Notes: a model not told the origin generated them from the letters alone. A DNA stretch of 64,000 nt from Vulcanimicrobiota bacterium (GCA_050250895.1 JBFWNU010000004.1:590934-654933), one strand, 5' to 3'. Shown: positions 26,519 through 36,951, numbered from the stretch's first letter. A program made the numbers and translations.

Positions 26519-27467
26519 CCAGGGCCCGGTAGAGCACGTAGCCGAGCGGAGCCACCACCGGCATGGCCAGAAGGGGATGAATACCCACCGCCGTGCGCGC
26601 CAGGTGGTAGTAGCCAAAACCGGCCGCGCCCAGCAGCACGGCGGTTTCGCCGTGAGTGCGAGCCACGTGGCCGAGGCCGCCATAGATGGCGGCGTCGAGG
26701 GCCGTGTCCAGGCGCGGCACCGTGGCCGTGGCGTAGGCCTGGCTGAAGGCCTCGAGGGTTTGGCCCAGGCGCTGGCGATAGAGGTCGAGGTCGCGCGATT
26801 TGCGACCGAACAGGCCGGTGGTGTGGAAGGCCGACTGCTCGAAGCGCGAGTAGGCGGTGGTTTCCATGGGTCGCACCAGCTGGTCGAAGGCCGATTTTCG
26901 GTCTTGCTCGGTCAGACCGGCGAGAAAAGGCTTGAGTTCGGCCAGGTTGGCCGGCTGGCGTCCGTAAGCCCGGCGGAAGTGGTCGGCGGCCACAGTGCCC
27001 AGGGCGGCCGCCCCGCCAAGCACGCATTGGAGGCCGTGGACCAGCTCGTGAAAGGCCGAAGGCCCGCCGCTCTCGCGAATCTCGAGGCGCCCGTCACCCG
27101 ACCAGTTGACGGTGGGGGTGCCTCGTTCGAAGTCGATGGCCAGACCAAACTCGCGAGCGACGCCTTCGAGCCCGCTCTTGAAACTGTCCAGGCCATCCAG
27201 ACCCTCGACCACACCGGCCAGCCGAGCGCTGAGATGGGCCATCACCATCGGGTTGGCCGGACGCCCACCGGGAATGGGCGAGCCGCCCGGGGTAGGGCGG
27301 TCGACGGTCAGGCGGCGGGCCATGGCCACGGGATGAATGCCAAAATCGCGCCACAGGCGCTCACCGCTGTCGGCCAGCCCCGAAGACGTAAAGACATCTA
27401 CCGGCTGGGCGGCAGGACGCGGCCGCGGCGGAGGGGCCAGAGTGAGCGGTCGACCTTGAATTCTCAC
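26508..27467 (-). CDS. HExxH zinc-metalloprotease-like protein with C-terminal TM helices
   Basis: AFHELVHGLQ with a downstream E (METTAY). Pro-rich leader. Confidence 0.6.
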   Translation of the reverse strand: MRIQGRPLTLAPPPRPRPAAQPVDVFTSSGLADSGERLWRDFGIHPVAMARRLTVDRPTPGGSPIPGGRPANPMVMAHLSARLAGVVEGLDGLDSFKSGLEGVAREFGLAIDFERGTPTVNWSGDGRLEIRESGGPSAFHELVHGLQCVLGGAAALGTVAADHFRRAYGRQPANLAELKPFLAGLTEQDRKSAFDQLVRPMETTAYSRFEQSAFHTTGLFGRKSRDLDLYRQRLGQTLEAFSQAYATATVPRLDTALDAAIYGGLGHVARTHGETAVLLGAAGFGYYHLARTAVGIHPLLAMPVVAPLGYVLYRALVTG

Positions 27468-27516
27468 TCTGGCAATCTAGCCCGGCCGGAGTGTTCGATA
27501 GTGACCGAAGTGTTAA

Positions 27517-27555
27517 AACCCAGATGATGCTGTCTTGCGACGCATCACCTGGGTT
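27517..27555 (-). terminator. Probable intrinsic terminator
   Basis: 14-bp inverted repeat AACCCAGATGATGC / GCATCACCTGGGTT (one G-U pair on the minus strand) ending in TTTT, directly after the hydrolase stop. Confidence 0.7.
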
Positions 27556-27558
27556 AAA

Positions 27559-28248
27559 TCAAAGATACTTATCGAACCAGTCGAGGGTGCGTTCCCACAG
27601 CACCCTCCAGTCTTGCTCGCGCATGAAGTGGTCGCTGTCAGGATAAACGTGATAGGCCAGGCGCTCAGGGTCCTGCTGGTAGCGAGGGCGTAGCTGGTCG
27701 ACCAGCTGGCGAGACTGGTCCGGCGGCACGTTGCGATCCTGGCCGGCGTTCTGGGCCAGCAGGGCCACCGGCCAGAAGCGGTCGAGCTGGCGATGGGGCG
27801 AGTCGTCGCCTCCCCATTGGGGCGAGCCGAGAATCGGCACGGCCGCTTTCAGGCTGGGTTCGAGCTGTAGGGCTCCATAGCAAATGTAGCCCCCCATGGA
27901 GATGCCGGTGATGCCGAAGTTGGTGGGCTTGTCGAGCAGAGCGCGAATCAAGCGCACCAGCCGGGGCACCTCCCCCACCGTGGCCCGCACCAGCTCGAGA
28001 AAGGCCTTCTTCGAATCCGGCCCGGCCATCTTCTCGCGCAGCTGCGGGTCGCGGCGCTCGCCGTGACCGAAGGCGTCTACCCCCACGGCCAGGTAGCCGC
28101 GCCGACCCAGCGTCTCGAGTTCTTTACGCTGGGTCTCTTTGTCGGCAAACAGGCCGTGATAAACCAGAACGACTCCGCGAAAGTCGGTGTCGCGGTCACT
28201 GATACACAGAGCCGGGGTCGCTCCGAAGTGCCGCCAGCGCTCATGCAC
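27559..28248 (-). CDS. Alpha/beta hydrolase (esterase / dienelactone hydrolase-like)
   Basis: YHG, HGER, GISMGG, D.NVP, SDH. Confidence 0.85.
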   Translation of the reverse strand: MHERWRHFGATPALCISDRDTDFRGVVLVYHGLFADKETQRKELETLGRRGYLAVGVDAFGHGERRDPQLREKMAGPDSKKAFLELVRATVGEVPRLVRLIRALLDKPTNFGITGISMGGYICYGALQLEPSLKAAVPILGSPQWGGDDSPHRQLDRFWPVALLAQNAGQDRNVPPDQSRQLVDQLRPRYQQDPERLAYHVYPDSDHFMREQDWRVLWERTLDWFDKYL

Positions 28249-30539
28249 TACTGGGTTTCCAGGCCGGTCATGCCGTTGTAGAGCGGTCGGTTGGGGGGAA
28301 GCTCCTGGTGGTGGTGGCCCGAGCAGAAGAAAGTGTACATGTCAGGGTCCGTCGCCATCTGATAGCTTTGACTGTAAGTATCCTCACCCGCCGACGGACA
28401 GGTCGGGATCATGCGCAGATAGTTGGGGGTCAGGGTGTTGAGGTCTTGAGGGTAACGACCGGAATAGTCGGTGCTGTACATCTCGCAGGCCGTTCCAATG
28501 TTCTTGAGGTTCGACTTGCAAGCCGTGCTCTGACCCTGTCCGCGCGCCTTGATGAAGTTTGGCACCAAAATGGCGGCGCCGATACCGGCCACGCCGGCCA
28601 GCTTCATCAGCTCGGCCCCCTCTGAACGGGTGTAGATGCCGTCGGCCCGAACGGCCGCCACAGTCACGCCACGACCTTGTGGATGCTGCTTCACCAGGGT
28701 TGCCGCCGGGTGGTCGCCGATACTCTTCTCGAGCTTGTCGAAGAACGGCCCGAAGTTGATGAATTGTAGCGACAACAGGTCGTCGCCGGCCCACTTGAGT
28801 CCCGACTTTACCAGCTCGTCATCGGCCAGGCTCGACCCGCCCGAGACGGCTGTCTGAAACATCTCGTCACTCTTGTCACCAAATCCGACGATCAGGCAGG
28901 GCAGCGGCTTGTCGATCACCGTCACCAGGTCTTGCCCGGTGAACGAATAGACCTCGTGCTCGCCCACCTGGCGCGTGGGCGGCTTGCGGCCGGCCTGGCC
29001 CATGACCTTGTCAAGCAGGCCCTCGATCTTGGCTTTGTCCTTGCCTGGCACATAGACCATGGCAGTGAACCTCGACGCGGGCGCGGGAGTGCTCGAGCCC
29101 GCTTCGGCCATCAGGCCCTGGTCCGAAGTGTAGTAGGGGTCTTCGGAGGCGACTTCGGAGTGATGGTTGCCTTCGCAGGCAAACCGGTAGCTGTCAGGAG
29201 AGGTGCCCATTTGATACGTGCCCGTGTAGGTGTCTTTCTGGGCCGCGGGGCAGCTGGGAATGGTCTTGAGATAGTTGGGGGTGAGCAGGGCTAGCTCGGT
29301 CGGATAGCGACCTGACCAGTCGGTGCTATACATCTCGCAAGCCGTGGCGATGTTCTTGAGATTCGATTTACAGGCCGTGTACTGGCCCTGCGCCCTGGCC
29401 CCGCCAAAGCCGCCGGCGAAGCTGGCCCACATCGAGTCGAGAAAGTCTGAACTGTAGGCGAGTTCGCCGTCGAGGATCTCCCACAACCCCTTTTCGGGGT
29501 CAACGCCCAATACGCTCGAGACGCCAAAACTGGCCATTCCTACCTGACCGCGAACCTGGGTGTTCAAGCGAGCCACTTCGAGGAGCAGATGGTAGCCATA
29601 GTTGAGGCCGAACACGGCATAAGTCTGAGCGTCGGCCGAAACCAGCTGGGCCGAGCGGCCCTGGATGCCTGGCTTGGCCAATAGAGCTTTGGCCAGCGGA
29701 GCCTGGCTGGTCTCGTCGACCCGCAACAGCCCATAGGCAGTGCCGTCGGACCAATTGCCGGCATAGGCCGTATAGAGCAGCGCCTTGAGACCTTCGCTGC
29801 TCTGGCTATCGACCACTCCGGCCGCCTGGGGTAGCTCGCACAGCCCCACCAGGGTCTCGCTGAGGTTCAGGAACACGAAAGTATCGGGGTTGTCCTCGGA
29901 GAGCTTCTGACGGGCCTCTTGAAAGCGAGGTTTGCTGGTCACATTGGGGCCGCCCCGCATGGTCTTGATGCTGGCAGCGGCAGCGCGCTGGCTCGAGACC
30001 ATCAGCAACCATCCGTTCTCGATGGCGTAGCCGGCGTTGTCAGTCGTGAAACGAAAGTCCACACCCTCGACGGCCTGGGCCGGCGTCTCGCCTGCCTTCT
30101 TTTCGATCCAGGCCTTGACCAGCTCGGGCTCGCGCAGGCGCAGAGCCACGATAGCATCCACCTCGACCTGTTGTTGGGCGGGCAATAAGCCTTTGCCGCC
30201 ATTAGGTGCCAGCACGGCAAAGTAGCCCACCGGGTCGAACCAGCTGGCGAACTCTTCCGGCTTGGCCCCCAATTCTGCCTCGACCTGATCGGCCTTGTAG
30301 TCGGGCAACTGCTCGGCCATGGCTACCAGGTCGCGAGCCATGGTGACCAGGTCTACCTGACCCTCGAGCGAGGTGGCGGCCACCAGTTCGGCCTCGGCCG
30401 GCACCAGGGCCAATACCGGGTCGAGCCCACCAGCCGGTTTGCTAAACCACCGATAGGCAAAGAACCCACCCGCCAGCACAATGACTGCCAGCACCAAAAG
30501 GACTACAATAGTGTTTCCAAGACGTCCCCGATTTCGCAT
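28248..30539 (-). CDS. Membrane-anchored DUF3352-like protein with two internal pilin/GspG-like domains
   Basis: N-terminal TM. Two copies of GQ.TACKSNLKNI.TACEMYSTD.SGRYP..L..LTPNYL..IP.CP.A..DTY. Confidence 0.75.
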   Translation of the reverse strand: MRNRGRLGNTIVVLLVLAVIVLAGGFFAYRWFSKPAGGLDPVLALVPAEAELVAATSLEGQVDLVTMARDLVAMAEQLPDYKADQVEAELGAKPEEFASWFDPVGYFAVLAPNGGKGLLPAQQQVEVDAIVALRLREPELVKAWIEKKAGETPAQAVEGVDFRFTTDNAGYAIENGWLLMVSSQRAAAASIKTMRGGPNVTSKPRFQEARQKLSEDNPDTFVFLNLSETLVGLCELPQAAGVVDSQSSEGLKALLYTAYAGNWSDGTAYGLLRVDETSQAPLAKALLAKPGIQGRSAQLVSADAQTYAVFGLNYGYHLLLEVARLNTQVRGQVGMASFGVSSVLGVDPEKGLWEILDGELAYSSDFLDSMWASFAGGFGGARAQGQYTACKSNLKNIATACEMYSTDWSGRYPTELALLTPNYLKTIPSCPAAQKDTYTGTYQMGTSPDSYRFACEGNHHSEVASEDPYYTSDQGLMAEAGSSTPAPASRFTAMVYVPGKDKAKIEGLLDKVMGQAGRKPPTRQVGEHEVYSFTGQDLVTVIDKPLPCLIVGFGDKSDEMFQTAVSGGSSLADDELVKSGLKWAGDDLLSLQFINFGPFFDKLEKSIGDHPAATLVKQHPQGRGVTVAAVRADGIYTRSEGAELMKLAGVAGIGAAILVPNFIKARGQGQSTACKSNLKNIGTACEMYSTDYSGRYPQDLNTLTPNYLRMIPTCPSAGEDTYSQSYQMATDPDMYTFFCSGHHHQELPPNRPLYNGMTGLETQ

Positions 30540-30589
30540 TGCGCAACTTTCTAGCCCGACGCGCGAGGACCTTCTAGCCAGACAGGCTT

Positions 30590-33500
30590 CTAGTGCCGCC
30601 CACGCCCGCGGCCTCGACCGTGGCCACGCCCCCCACCAACAGGATTGGGGATGCTGACGCGAACCTGGGGCAGGCGGACCTCGACCCGAGGGGCGGGGGG
30701 AATATAGCTCGGTTGTGGGGGAGGACGATAGGTCGGCTGCGGGGGCGGTGAGTAGGAGGAACGACCCCCGCTGTAGGACGGAGTCGAGCTATAACTGGGC
30801 GCGTAGTAGACCGGGGCCGGAGGCGGCGGGGGTGGCGGGATCTTGTCGAGGGCTAGCTCGAGGTTCTGGAGTTGCCCGGCCACCACCTCGACCGTCCCGG
30901 TCTTCTTCTTGTAGCCTTCTTTGACCAGACTGTACTCGTATTTCTGAGGAGCCAGTTCGCCCACCTTGAGAGGCGTTACCCCCCGCGGCTTGCCGGCCAG
31001 AAACAACTTGGCCCCGGCCGGCTTGGAGACCAGTTTGATGGTCCCGGTGGCCGGCTCGAGCTTGGCCGCAATCTTGTAGGTGCCGCCGGCCTCGAGGTTG
31101 ACGGTTTCGAAGTGCTCTTTGAAGCCCTTCTTGAAAAACTTGACTTTATACTCGCCCGGGGGCAGTTCCAGACTGGCGGGGGCGGGATGGCGGTCGGTGT
31201 CGTTGAGTTTGACCACCGCGCCGGCCGGCTCGCAACGGATTTCGAGCTTGCCGGAGCGAGGCTGCATGGCCCAGGCCCCCAGGGCCAAGAGGACCAGCAA
31301 GCTCACCAGCGCCAGTGGCCAGCGCGGAAGCTTCGCACCGTTCGTCGCCACCGCTACGGGCGGAGGCTGAGTGCGAGCAACCGTCTTGGCTCGGGTCTCG
31401 CCCGGTTGCTTGCGGGTTTGGGCCCCTAGCAGACCCGTCTCGCGAGCCTGCAGGCCCTGGGCCAATTGCTCGAAGCGCTCGGCCTCGGCCAGACTCAAGC
31501 CAGGATACTCTTTCTGGCTGCCCTGGCGATGGAGTTCGGCCAGGGCCAGATTGAGCCGCACCTGACCACTTCGGTCGGCCGAGGGTATCAGTGTTCGCGC
31601 CTCTTGCAGAGCGTCGAGCCCGCTCTTCCACATGCCGCGATCGACACAGATCTCGGCCAGGGCCACCAGAGCCATTCCCAACACCGCGGGGCGATCGGCT
31701 TTGCGGGCCAGCGCCACCGCCTGTTGGGCCGACATCAGCCCGCCCTGAGTATCACCCTCACGACGCCTGGCCGTGGCCAACTGCGCCAGCGACTCGGCCA
31801 TCAGCACCTGACTGCCCGAAGTCTCGGCCAGGGCCACCGCTTGCTCGAGGGTGGCCACCGCTTCGCCAGATTGCTCGTCTTCCAGGCGCAGCCTGCCCAG
31901 GCCCAGTCGAGAACGGGCCTGAATGTCACTACTGTCGGTGAGGTCGCCCACCTCGACGCTCTCGCGAAAGAAGTCGGCCGCCTCCCGGCGCAACCCCAAC
32001 CCGCGATAGATTTCGCCCACCGCTACCAGGGCCTCGGCCAGCTGTCGACTCTCGCCCGCCGGCCGTAACTCGGCCAGGGCTCGTTCACAGGCCGCGCGAG
32101 CCTCGTCGCCGCTGAGCAAGGTAGCTAGCCTGAGTTCGAGACTGGCGCGGCGGGCCGGCCAGGCGGCGGCCAGTTCGATGCCTCTGCGCAAAGCTGCCTG
32201 GGCGTTCTCGTTGCGACCTCGACTCTCATGCAGGTCGGCCAGGCACACGAGGCGCTCGAGCTGCTGGGCGAGCGAGGGCGAGTCGGGTTCGGGTTCGAGC
32301 AAGGCGGCCGCCGGATCGGGCTGGCCAGTGGCTAGATAGAGCCGAGCCAGCTGCAGCTTCTCGGCCAGGTCCACTGGCCCCGGGTCAGCCAGAGTCGCAA
32401 TGGCCTCTTTGAGATGGCCCTGTCCCTCGAGGACCCGGGCCAGACGCGGGCGTAGCTCGGGTCCTTCGGCCTCACGGCACAAGTTATAAGCGTTGGCCAG
32501 GTCGCCCATAGCCAGCGCTGCGTCAAGGCGCAGCAACTGTGCCTCGGGACTGTCAAGGCCGGCCAGTTCTTCTAGAACGCGAGCCGGTTCACCCAGCCGA
32601 CAAAAGGTTCGAGCCCGCCCCAGTCGCGGTCGAGGGTCGGCCGGACCCAGCGCCTGACCGGCCAGGTCGTAGCGGTCAAGGGCCTCGCTCAACAGGCCCC
32701 GGTTCCGAAAATCATCACCCTCGTCCAGGCAGGTGGCGAAAGCCTGCGCATCGCCCGCCAGGAACAGATGCGGGCCGCGCTGGCCCGCCGGCAAGCACTC
32801 ACCCAGGCGAGCGTGGCGACGCCGCAACACGCGCTCGGAGATCGCGCTCGTGACGGCCTCGCGCAACTCGACGTCGAACACCTGATAGCGCTCACCTGCC
32901 ACCTCTTCGACCAGGCCCGCCGTCATCAGTCGCTCCAAAGCCTGGTCGGTCTGATCTTCCCCCAGCTCAGAGGCGGTCTGGAGCCAGCCGAAGTCGAGGG
33001 GGCGGTCCACCAGGCAGAGGGCTCTCAAAAGGGTCAGGGAGTCTTCTTCGAGACTGCCGAGAAGCGCGGGTAAAAGCTCGGTGGGCCGGGCCGGCAAAGC
33101 GGCCGGCTCGGGCACTTCGCCCTCGACCAGCAGCTTTGAGGCCGTCAGCAGAGTAGTGTAAAGCTTGGCCCGCCGTGGCGAGCCGGCACAGCGAGGCACG
33201 AGCCATCCGGTCAGCTCGGGCCCAGGCGGGCAACCCAACTGCCGTTCCACCAATTCTACCACCGCCCCCTCGGTGAGCGCCTCGAGATTGCGGCGTAAGC
33301 AGCCGGGGCCATCCACAAAGTCGTAGGCACGGGCCCGAGTCGAGGAGATGAGCCAACCGGCCCCGGTGGGGGGCGTCAGCCGGGCGAGCCGCTCGAGCAC
33401 CTTCTGGCTCAAGGAGTCGAGACGCTCGAAGTCGTCAACCAGGATCAGGTGCTTCTTCTGCAGAGCCCGGCGCAGACCGCCGGCCAGTTGTTCGGGCTCT

Positions 33501-34588
33501 GCCAGGTGGGTGGTGTCGACTCTGAGCGAGGCCAACAAACCGGCCAGAGGTTGGCCGGGATGAAGGCTGTGAACGGTGTGTCCGGCCGTCACCAGGCGCA
33601 CTCTTAGCTCTTCAAGAAAAGCGCTGCGTCCGATGCCCGAAGTCGCCTCGAGCAGACACCCCAGTCCCGTCTCGGACAGTCCGGATGTCAGCAACTCAAG
33701 CCAGGTATTCAGGTCGTCCTGGCGCCCCACCAGGAGGCTGCCAGCCGTCGCTTCGTTGGCCGCCGCCAGGGTCTGCCGACAGGCTTCTAGTTCGGTCCGA
33801 ATCTGCTGAGCGGTAGCTGGCCGCCGCCGTGGCTCTTTCTCTAGCAACCTGGCCAGCAAGGTGTCGAGCTTAGGAGGCAACCCGGGTCTGATCGAACTGG
33901 CCAGGGGAGCCTTCTGATCGAGATGAGCTCGCAGCATGGCCATCGAATTCTCGGCCTGGAAGGGGTGGTGACCGGTCACGGCCTCGAAGAGGCAGACCCC
34001 CAGAGCATAGAGGTCGGCTGCCGGCCCGACTTCGCTCGAGAGAATCTGCTCGGGAGCAAGATACGAACAGGTCCCCAGCACCATGCCGTCCTGGGTTAGC
34101 TTGCTGCGCTGTTCGATGCGGCGGGCCAACCCCAGATCGCTGATTTTGGGCACCCCGTCTCGGGTGACCAGCACATTGGCAGGCTTGAGGTCGCGGTGCA
34201 CGATGCCGCGATTGTGGATGTGGGCCAGTCCATCACAGATCCCGGTGAAGACGGTGAGGATCTCGGCCAGAGTGCGACCTCGCAGATAGGCCGCCAGGCC
34301 TCCCCCATCCACGTATTCCATCTCGATATATTCGCGTCCCTGGTACTCCCCCACGGCATAGAAATCGACGATGTTGTCGTGAAAGACGGCGGCCAAATCG
34401 GCGGCCTCGCGGCGAAAACGTTTGAGTGCGTTCTCGTCGTCGGTCGGGGGCAGAAACTTGATAGCCACATGGCGCTTGCTGGTAGTGTCGAAAGCGTGGT
34501 AGACCACGGCCATGCCACCACGCCCCAACTCTTTGACCACCTCGTATCGCGGGGGCAGCAAGTCGATAGCAGGGCTGACCTTGTCCAT
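30590..34588 (-). CDS. Hanks-type Ser/Thr kinase - degenerate AAA ATPase - TPR - TM - PEGA
   Basis: LGRGGMA, VAIK, HRDLKPAN, DLG, YLAPE. SGIGRS Walker-A-like motif. PEGA repeats (P.GAKLF..G...G.TP). Start MDKVSP at 34588. Confidence 0.88.
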   Translation of the reverse strand: MDKVSPAIDLLPPRYEVVKELGRGGMAVVYHAFDTTSKRHVAIKFLPPTDDENALKRFRREAADLAAVFHDNIVDFYAVGEYQGREYIEMEYVDGGGLAAYLRGRTLAEILTVFTGICDGLAHIHNRGIVHRDLKPANVLVTRDGVPKISDLGLARRIEQRSKLTQDGMVLGTCSYLAPEQILSSEVGPAADLYALGVCLFEAVTGHHPFQAENSMAMLRAHLDQKAPLASSIRPGLPPKLDTLLARLLEKEPRRRPATAQQIRTELEACRQTLAAANEATAGSLLVGRQDDLNTWLELLTSGLSETGLGCLLEATSGIGRSAFLEELRVRLVTAGHTVHSLHPGQPLAGLLASLRVDTTHLAEPEQLAGGLRRALQKKHLILVDDFERLDSLSQKVLERLARLTPPTGAGWLISSTRARAYDFVDGPGCLRRNLEALTEGAVVELVERQLGCPPGPELTGWLVPRCAGSPRRAKLYTTLLTASKLLVEGEVPEPAALPARPTELLPALLGSLEEDSLTLLRALCLVDRPLDFGWLQTASELGEDQTDQALERLMTAGLVEEVAGERYQVFDVELREAVTSAISERVLRRRHARLGECLPAGQRGPHLFLAGDAQAFATCLDEGDDFRNRGLLSEALDRYDLAGQALGPADPRPRLGRARTFCRLGEPARVLEELAGLDSPEAQLLRLDAALAMGDLANAYNLCREAEGPELRPRLARVLEGQGHLKEAIATLADPGPVDLAEKLQLARLYLATGQPDPAAALLEPEPDSPSLAQQLERLVCLADLHESRGRNENAQAALRRGIELAAAWPARRASLELRLATLLSGDEARAACERALAELRPAGESRQLAEALVAVGEIYRGLGLRREAADFFRESVEVGDLTDSSDIQARSRLGLGRLRLEDEQSGEAVATLEQAVALAETSGSQVLMAESLAQLATARRREGDTQGGLMSAQQAVALARKADRPAVLGMALVALAEICVDRGMWKSGLDALQEARTLIPSADRSGQVRLNLALAELHRQGSQKEYPGLSLAEAERFEQLAQGLQARETGLLGAQTRKQPGETRAKTVARTQPPPVAVATNGAKLPRWPLALVSLLVLLALGAWAMQPRSGKLEIRCEPAGAVVKLNDTDRHPAPASLELPPGEYKVKFFKKGFKEHFETVNLEAGGTYKIAAKLEPATGTIKLVSKPAGAKLFLAGKPRGVTPLKVGELAPQKYEYSLVKEGYKKKTGTVEVVAGQLQNLELALDKIPPPPPPPAPVYYAPSYSSTPSYSGGRSSYSPPPQPTYRPPPQPSYIPPAPRVEVRLPQVRVSIPNPVGGGRGHGRGRGRGRH

Positions 34589-34660
34589 GTCCGCTAGCTT
34601 CCCCGAGCCGAGCCTCTTTCCCTGGAGGCATTTGGCCTCCCCAACTGGAATTGGCTCAGC

Positions 34661-34984
34661 ATGAACTGCCCAGAATGCAACCAGCCGGTGGGCGGATTGG
34701 CCACCAAGTGCCACCATTGCGGGGCCCCCATCGACGAGAAAACCTTCTTTCTGTCCGAGGCCGACGTTATGGAAGAGATCCAGGCGGCGCGAGCGGCCAA
34801 GGCCGCCGAGGACAACAAACTATCCAATCGTATAAAGATCGGGCAGGTCCTCACCCTGGTCGGAGCGCTGGCCTGTGTGGCCACGATTTTTGTGCCGACC
34901 GCGGCCAAACTGGCCACGATCGTCGTGGGGGTGGTGGTCGCTGGCGGCGGTCTCGGCCTTTGGTGGGCCTCGGCTAAAGCTTGA
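34661..34984 (+). CDS. Zinc-ribbon protein with two TM helices
   Basis: CPEC...CHHCG and two hydrophobic segments. Confidence 0.75.
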   Translation: MNCPECNQPVGGLATKCHHCGAPIDEKTFFLSEADVMEEIQAARAAKAAEDNKLSNRIKIGQVLTLVGALACVATIFVPTAAKLATIVVGVVVAGGGLGLWWASAKA

Positions 34985-35834
34985 TCGACTTCTTGCCCTC
35001 GCCCGAGGGACGCTCGAGAGTGAAGATCGTCGAACCCACGGTAAAACGATCACCCTCGCGCACGACCACACCCTGGTCGCTGAGCCAGGCGTGCCACTCG
35101 AACCCGTCCTGACGACGCACGAAAGCCACCGGTGCCTGGCCGGGCCGTTTCCACAGATCGAAGGCTTGCTGGGTCTCCTTCCAGCGAAAGATGAAGTGGT
35201 TGGGCCCTAGCTGGGGCTCTTGAAGTTCGATCAGACGGTCGAAGACCAGCGGATTGGGGTCTGCCTCGCTGGGTTCTGGCTGCTGATTTCCCCGTCCGAT
35301 GGTCAGGACCAGCCCCTCGAGGGCGACGGTGGTCGAGCCGTCGGGACCACCCTCGAGGCGGAGCTGAAATCCTCCCCCCACCTGCAGACCCATCGTCTTA
35401 CGCATCGGCTTCTGACTCTCGACGGTGGCGCTGACGTGAGCCGGCGTGGGCGGTGCGGCCGGAGCGGCAACTACCGGGGCGGGCGCGGTGGCTGGATCGA
35501 CCGGCAAAACCTCGAGCAGCACCAAGCCCATCTTGATCTGGTCGCCGGCCTGGATGGGCTGGGTCTCGACCACGTCGCCATTGAGCCAGGTCAGGTTGGT
35601 GTCGCTATTATGGAACAGCAGAAAGCGTTCTTCGGCCGTCTGCCAGAGCAAAGTGGCATGATGGCGCGAGACGGCGCGGTCGGGCAGCAGAACCCAACCC
35701 GGCACGGTGGCCCCCTCGGCGCGAGCCCGCCCGACCATCAGCTTCTCTTCGTTGAGGTGAAAGATCTGCCCGAGCCCGGGACCTTCGATGACCCGCAAAC
35801 CCAGTCCTGAGTGCCATGGCTTCGACTGTTTCAT
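34974..35834 (-). CDS. Tandem FHA-domain protein
   Basis: VGR, VSRHHA, TNLTWLNG, GDQIKMG; second FHA with IGRG and GDRFTVG. Start MKQSKP at 35834. Confidence 0.85.
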   Translation of the reverse strand: MKQSKPWHSGLGLRVIEGPGLGQIFHLNEEKLMVGRARAEGATVPGWVLLPDRAVSRHHATLLWQTAEERFLLFHNSDTNLTWLNGDVVETQPIQAGDQIKMGLVLLEVLPVDPATAPAPVVAAPAAPPTPAHVSATVESQKPMRKTMGLQVGGGFQLRLEGGPDGSTTVALEGLVLTIGRGNQQPEPSEADPNPLVFDRLIELQEPQLGPNHFIFRWKETQQAFDLWKRPGQAPVAFVRRQDGFEWHAWLSDQGVVVREGDRFTVGSTIFTLERPSGEGKKSIKL

Positions 35835-35842
35835 GCCAGGGC

Positions 35843-36472
35843 TTACGTCGGCGGCGAATTCGATTCCTGGCGGGCCCGACCGCGCCGAACGTACCAAACC
35901 GTCCAGGCGGCGCAGATACCGGTCACACCATAGACCATGACCGGACCGAGGGCCAGCACGGTAGCGATGTCGAGGGTGTAGACCATCCAGACCTTGAGAG
36001 CGAACTCGACCACAAAAGTCACCCCCCAGACCCAGGTGATCAGGGTGAGCCGCCGCTTGACCTCGGGATGGTCCATCATCCGCACCTGCTCGGGCTGGGT
36101 CGCCTGGGCCCGGGCCAGCCACAGCAAGACCGGCCTTCTCAGCAGACAACTGACGAAGAAGATCAAGCCGATGAAGCCGGTCAAATAGGACTCGCGCAGC
36201 TGCAATAGGCGGGTGTCCGAGGTGGCCGCCGTCATGGCCAGGCTGATGAGAATGGCCACCAACGAGATGGTGGCTACCGGATCGAGTTTGCCCTTGCGGA
36301 CCAGACCCACCAGCGCCCACACACCCGGAATGACGGTCACCGCCAACAAGCCGTGAAACTCGGTCCAGCCCAACTGGTTGACCAGCAGGAGATAGCCCAG
36401 CCATGGCCCCAGGCCGTTGACCAGCAGGTCGATGATGATCTCTTTGCGGCCGGGCGGCTGCGGCTGGCTCAC
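35843..36472 (-). CDS. VC0807-like integral membrane protein
   Basis: About 6 TM helices; DTRLLQLRES, RRP, ITWVWG. GTG start overlaps the upstream stop. Confidence 0.75.
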   Translation of the reverse strand: MSQPQPPGRKEIIIDLLVNGLGPWLGYLLLVNQLGWTEFHGLLAVTVIPGVWALVGLVRKGKLDPVATISLVAILISLAMTAATSDTRLLQLRESYLTGFIGLIFFVSCLLRRPVLLWLARAQATQPEQVRMMDHPEVKRRLTLITWVWGVTFVVEFALKVWMVYTLDIATVLALGPVMVYGVTGICAAWTVWYVRRGRARQESNSPPT

Positions 36473-36951
36473 CGAGGCAGCAACACCCGAAAGCGCTTCT
36501 GGTCGATGAGTTGACCCTGATCGTCGATGAGCTGGATGGCCCAGTCGCCCTCGACCAGCTCCCAGTCGTTTTCGAAGAGCCAGCCGGTAAAGTGACTGAT
36601 GCCGACCTGAGCCTCGGCCGGCCACTGGTCAGCCGTGGTCAACTTGCCGGTCTTAGGATTCTTCATGGGCGGATGCAACACCCGCACGACGATGCCCTTG
36701 CGGTCAAAGCCCTCGCCTTCGCCCACGAACTGAACGCCAAAGCGAGTGCCTTTGCGGGCCACCACCTCTTGAGTGCGGCGCTGCAGCCGCACCCCTTCGA
36801 CGGCGTGAATGGTCCCACTGGTGGTGAACTCGGAGTCCACCTGCTCGCGCCCGTCAGGCTTGCCGTATAGCCCCCACTCGACGATCTTGATCGAGGTCAC
36901 GTCGGCCCAGCCGGGGGCGACCAGCAACAACAACAGCAAAAGACGGCGCAT
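36469..36951 (-). CDS. Exported DUF3859-like protein
   Basis: Signal peptide; EWGLY, GTRFG, HPP, WELVEGDW. Confidence 0.7.
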   Translation of the reverse strand: MRRLLLLLLLVAPGWADVTSIKIVEWGLYGKPDGREQVDSEFTTSGTIHAVEGVRLQRRTQEVVARKGTRFGVQFVGEGEGFDRKGIVVRVLHPPMKNPKTGKLTTADQWPAEAQVGISHFTGWLFENDWELVEGDWAIQLIDDQGQLIDQKRFRVLLPR

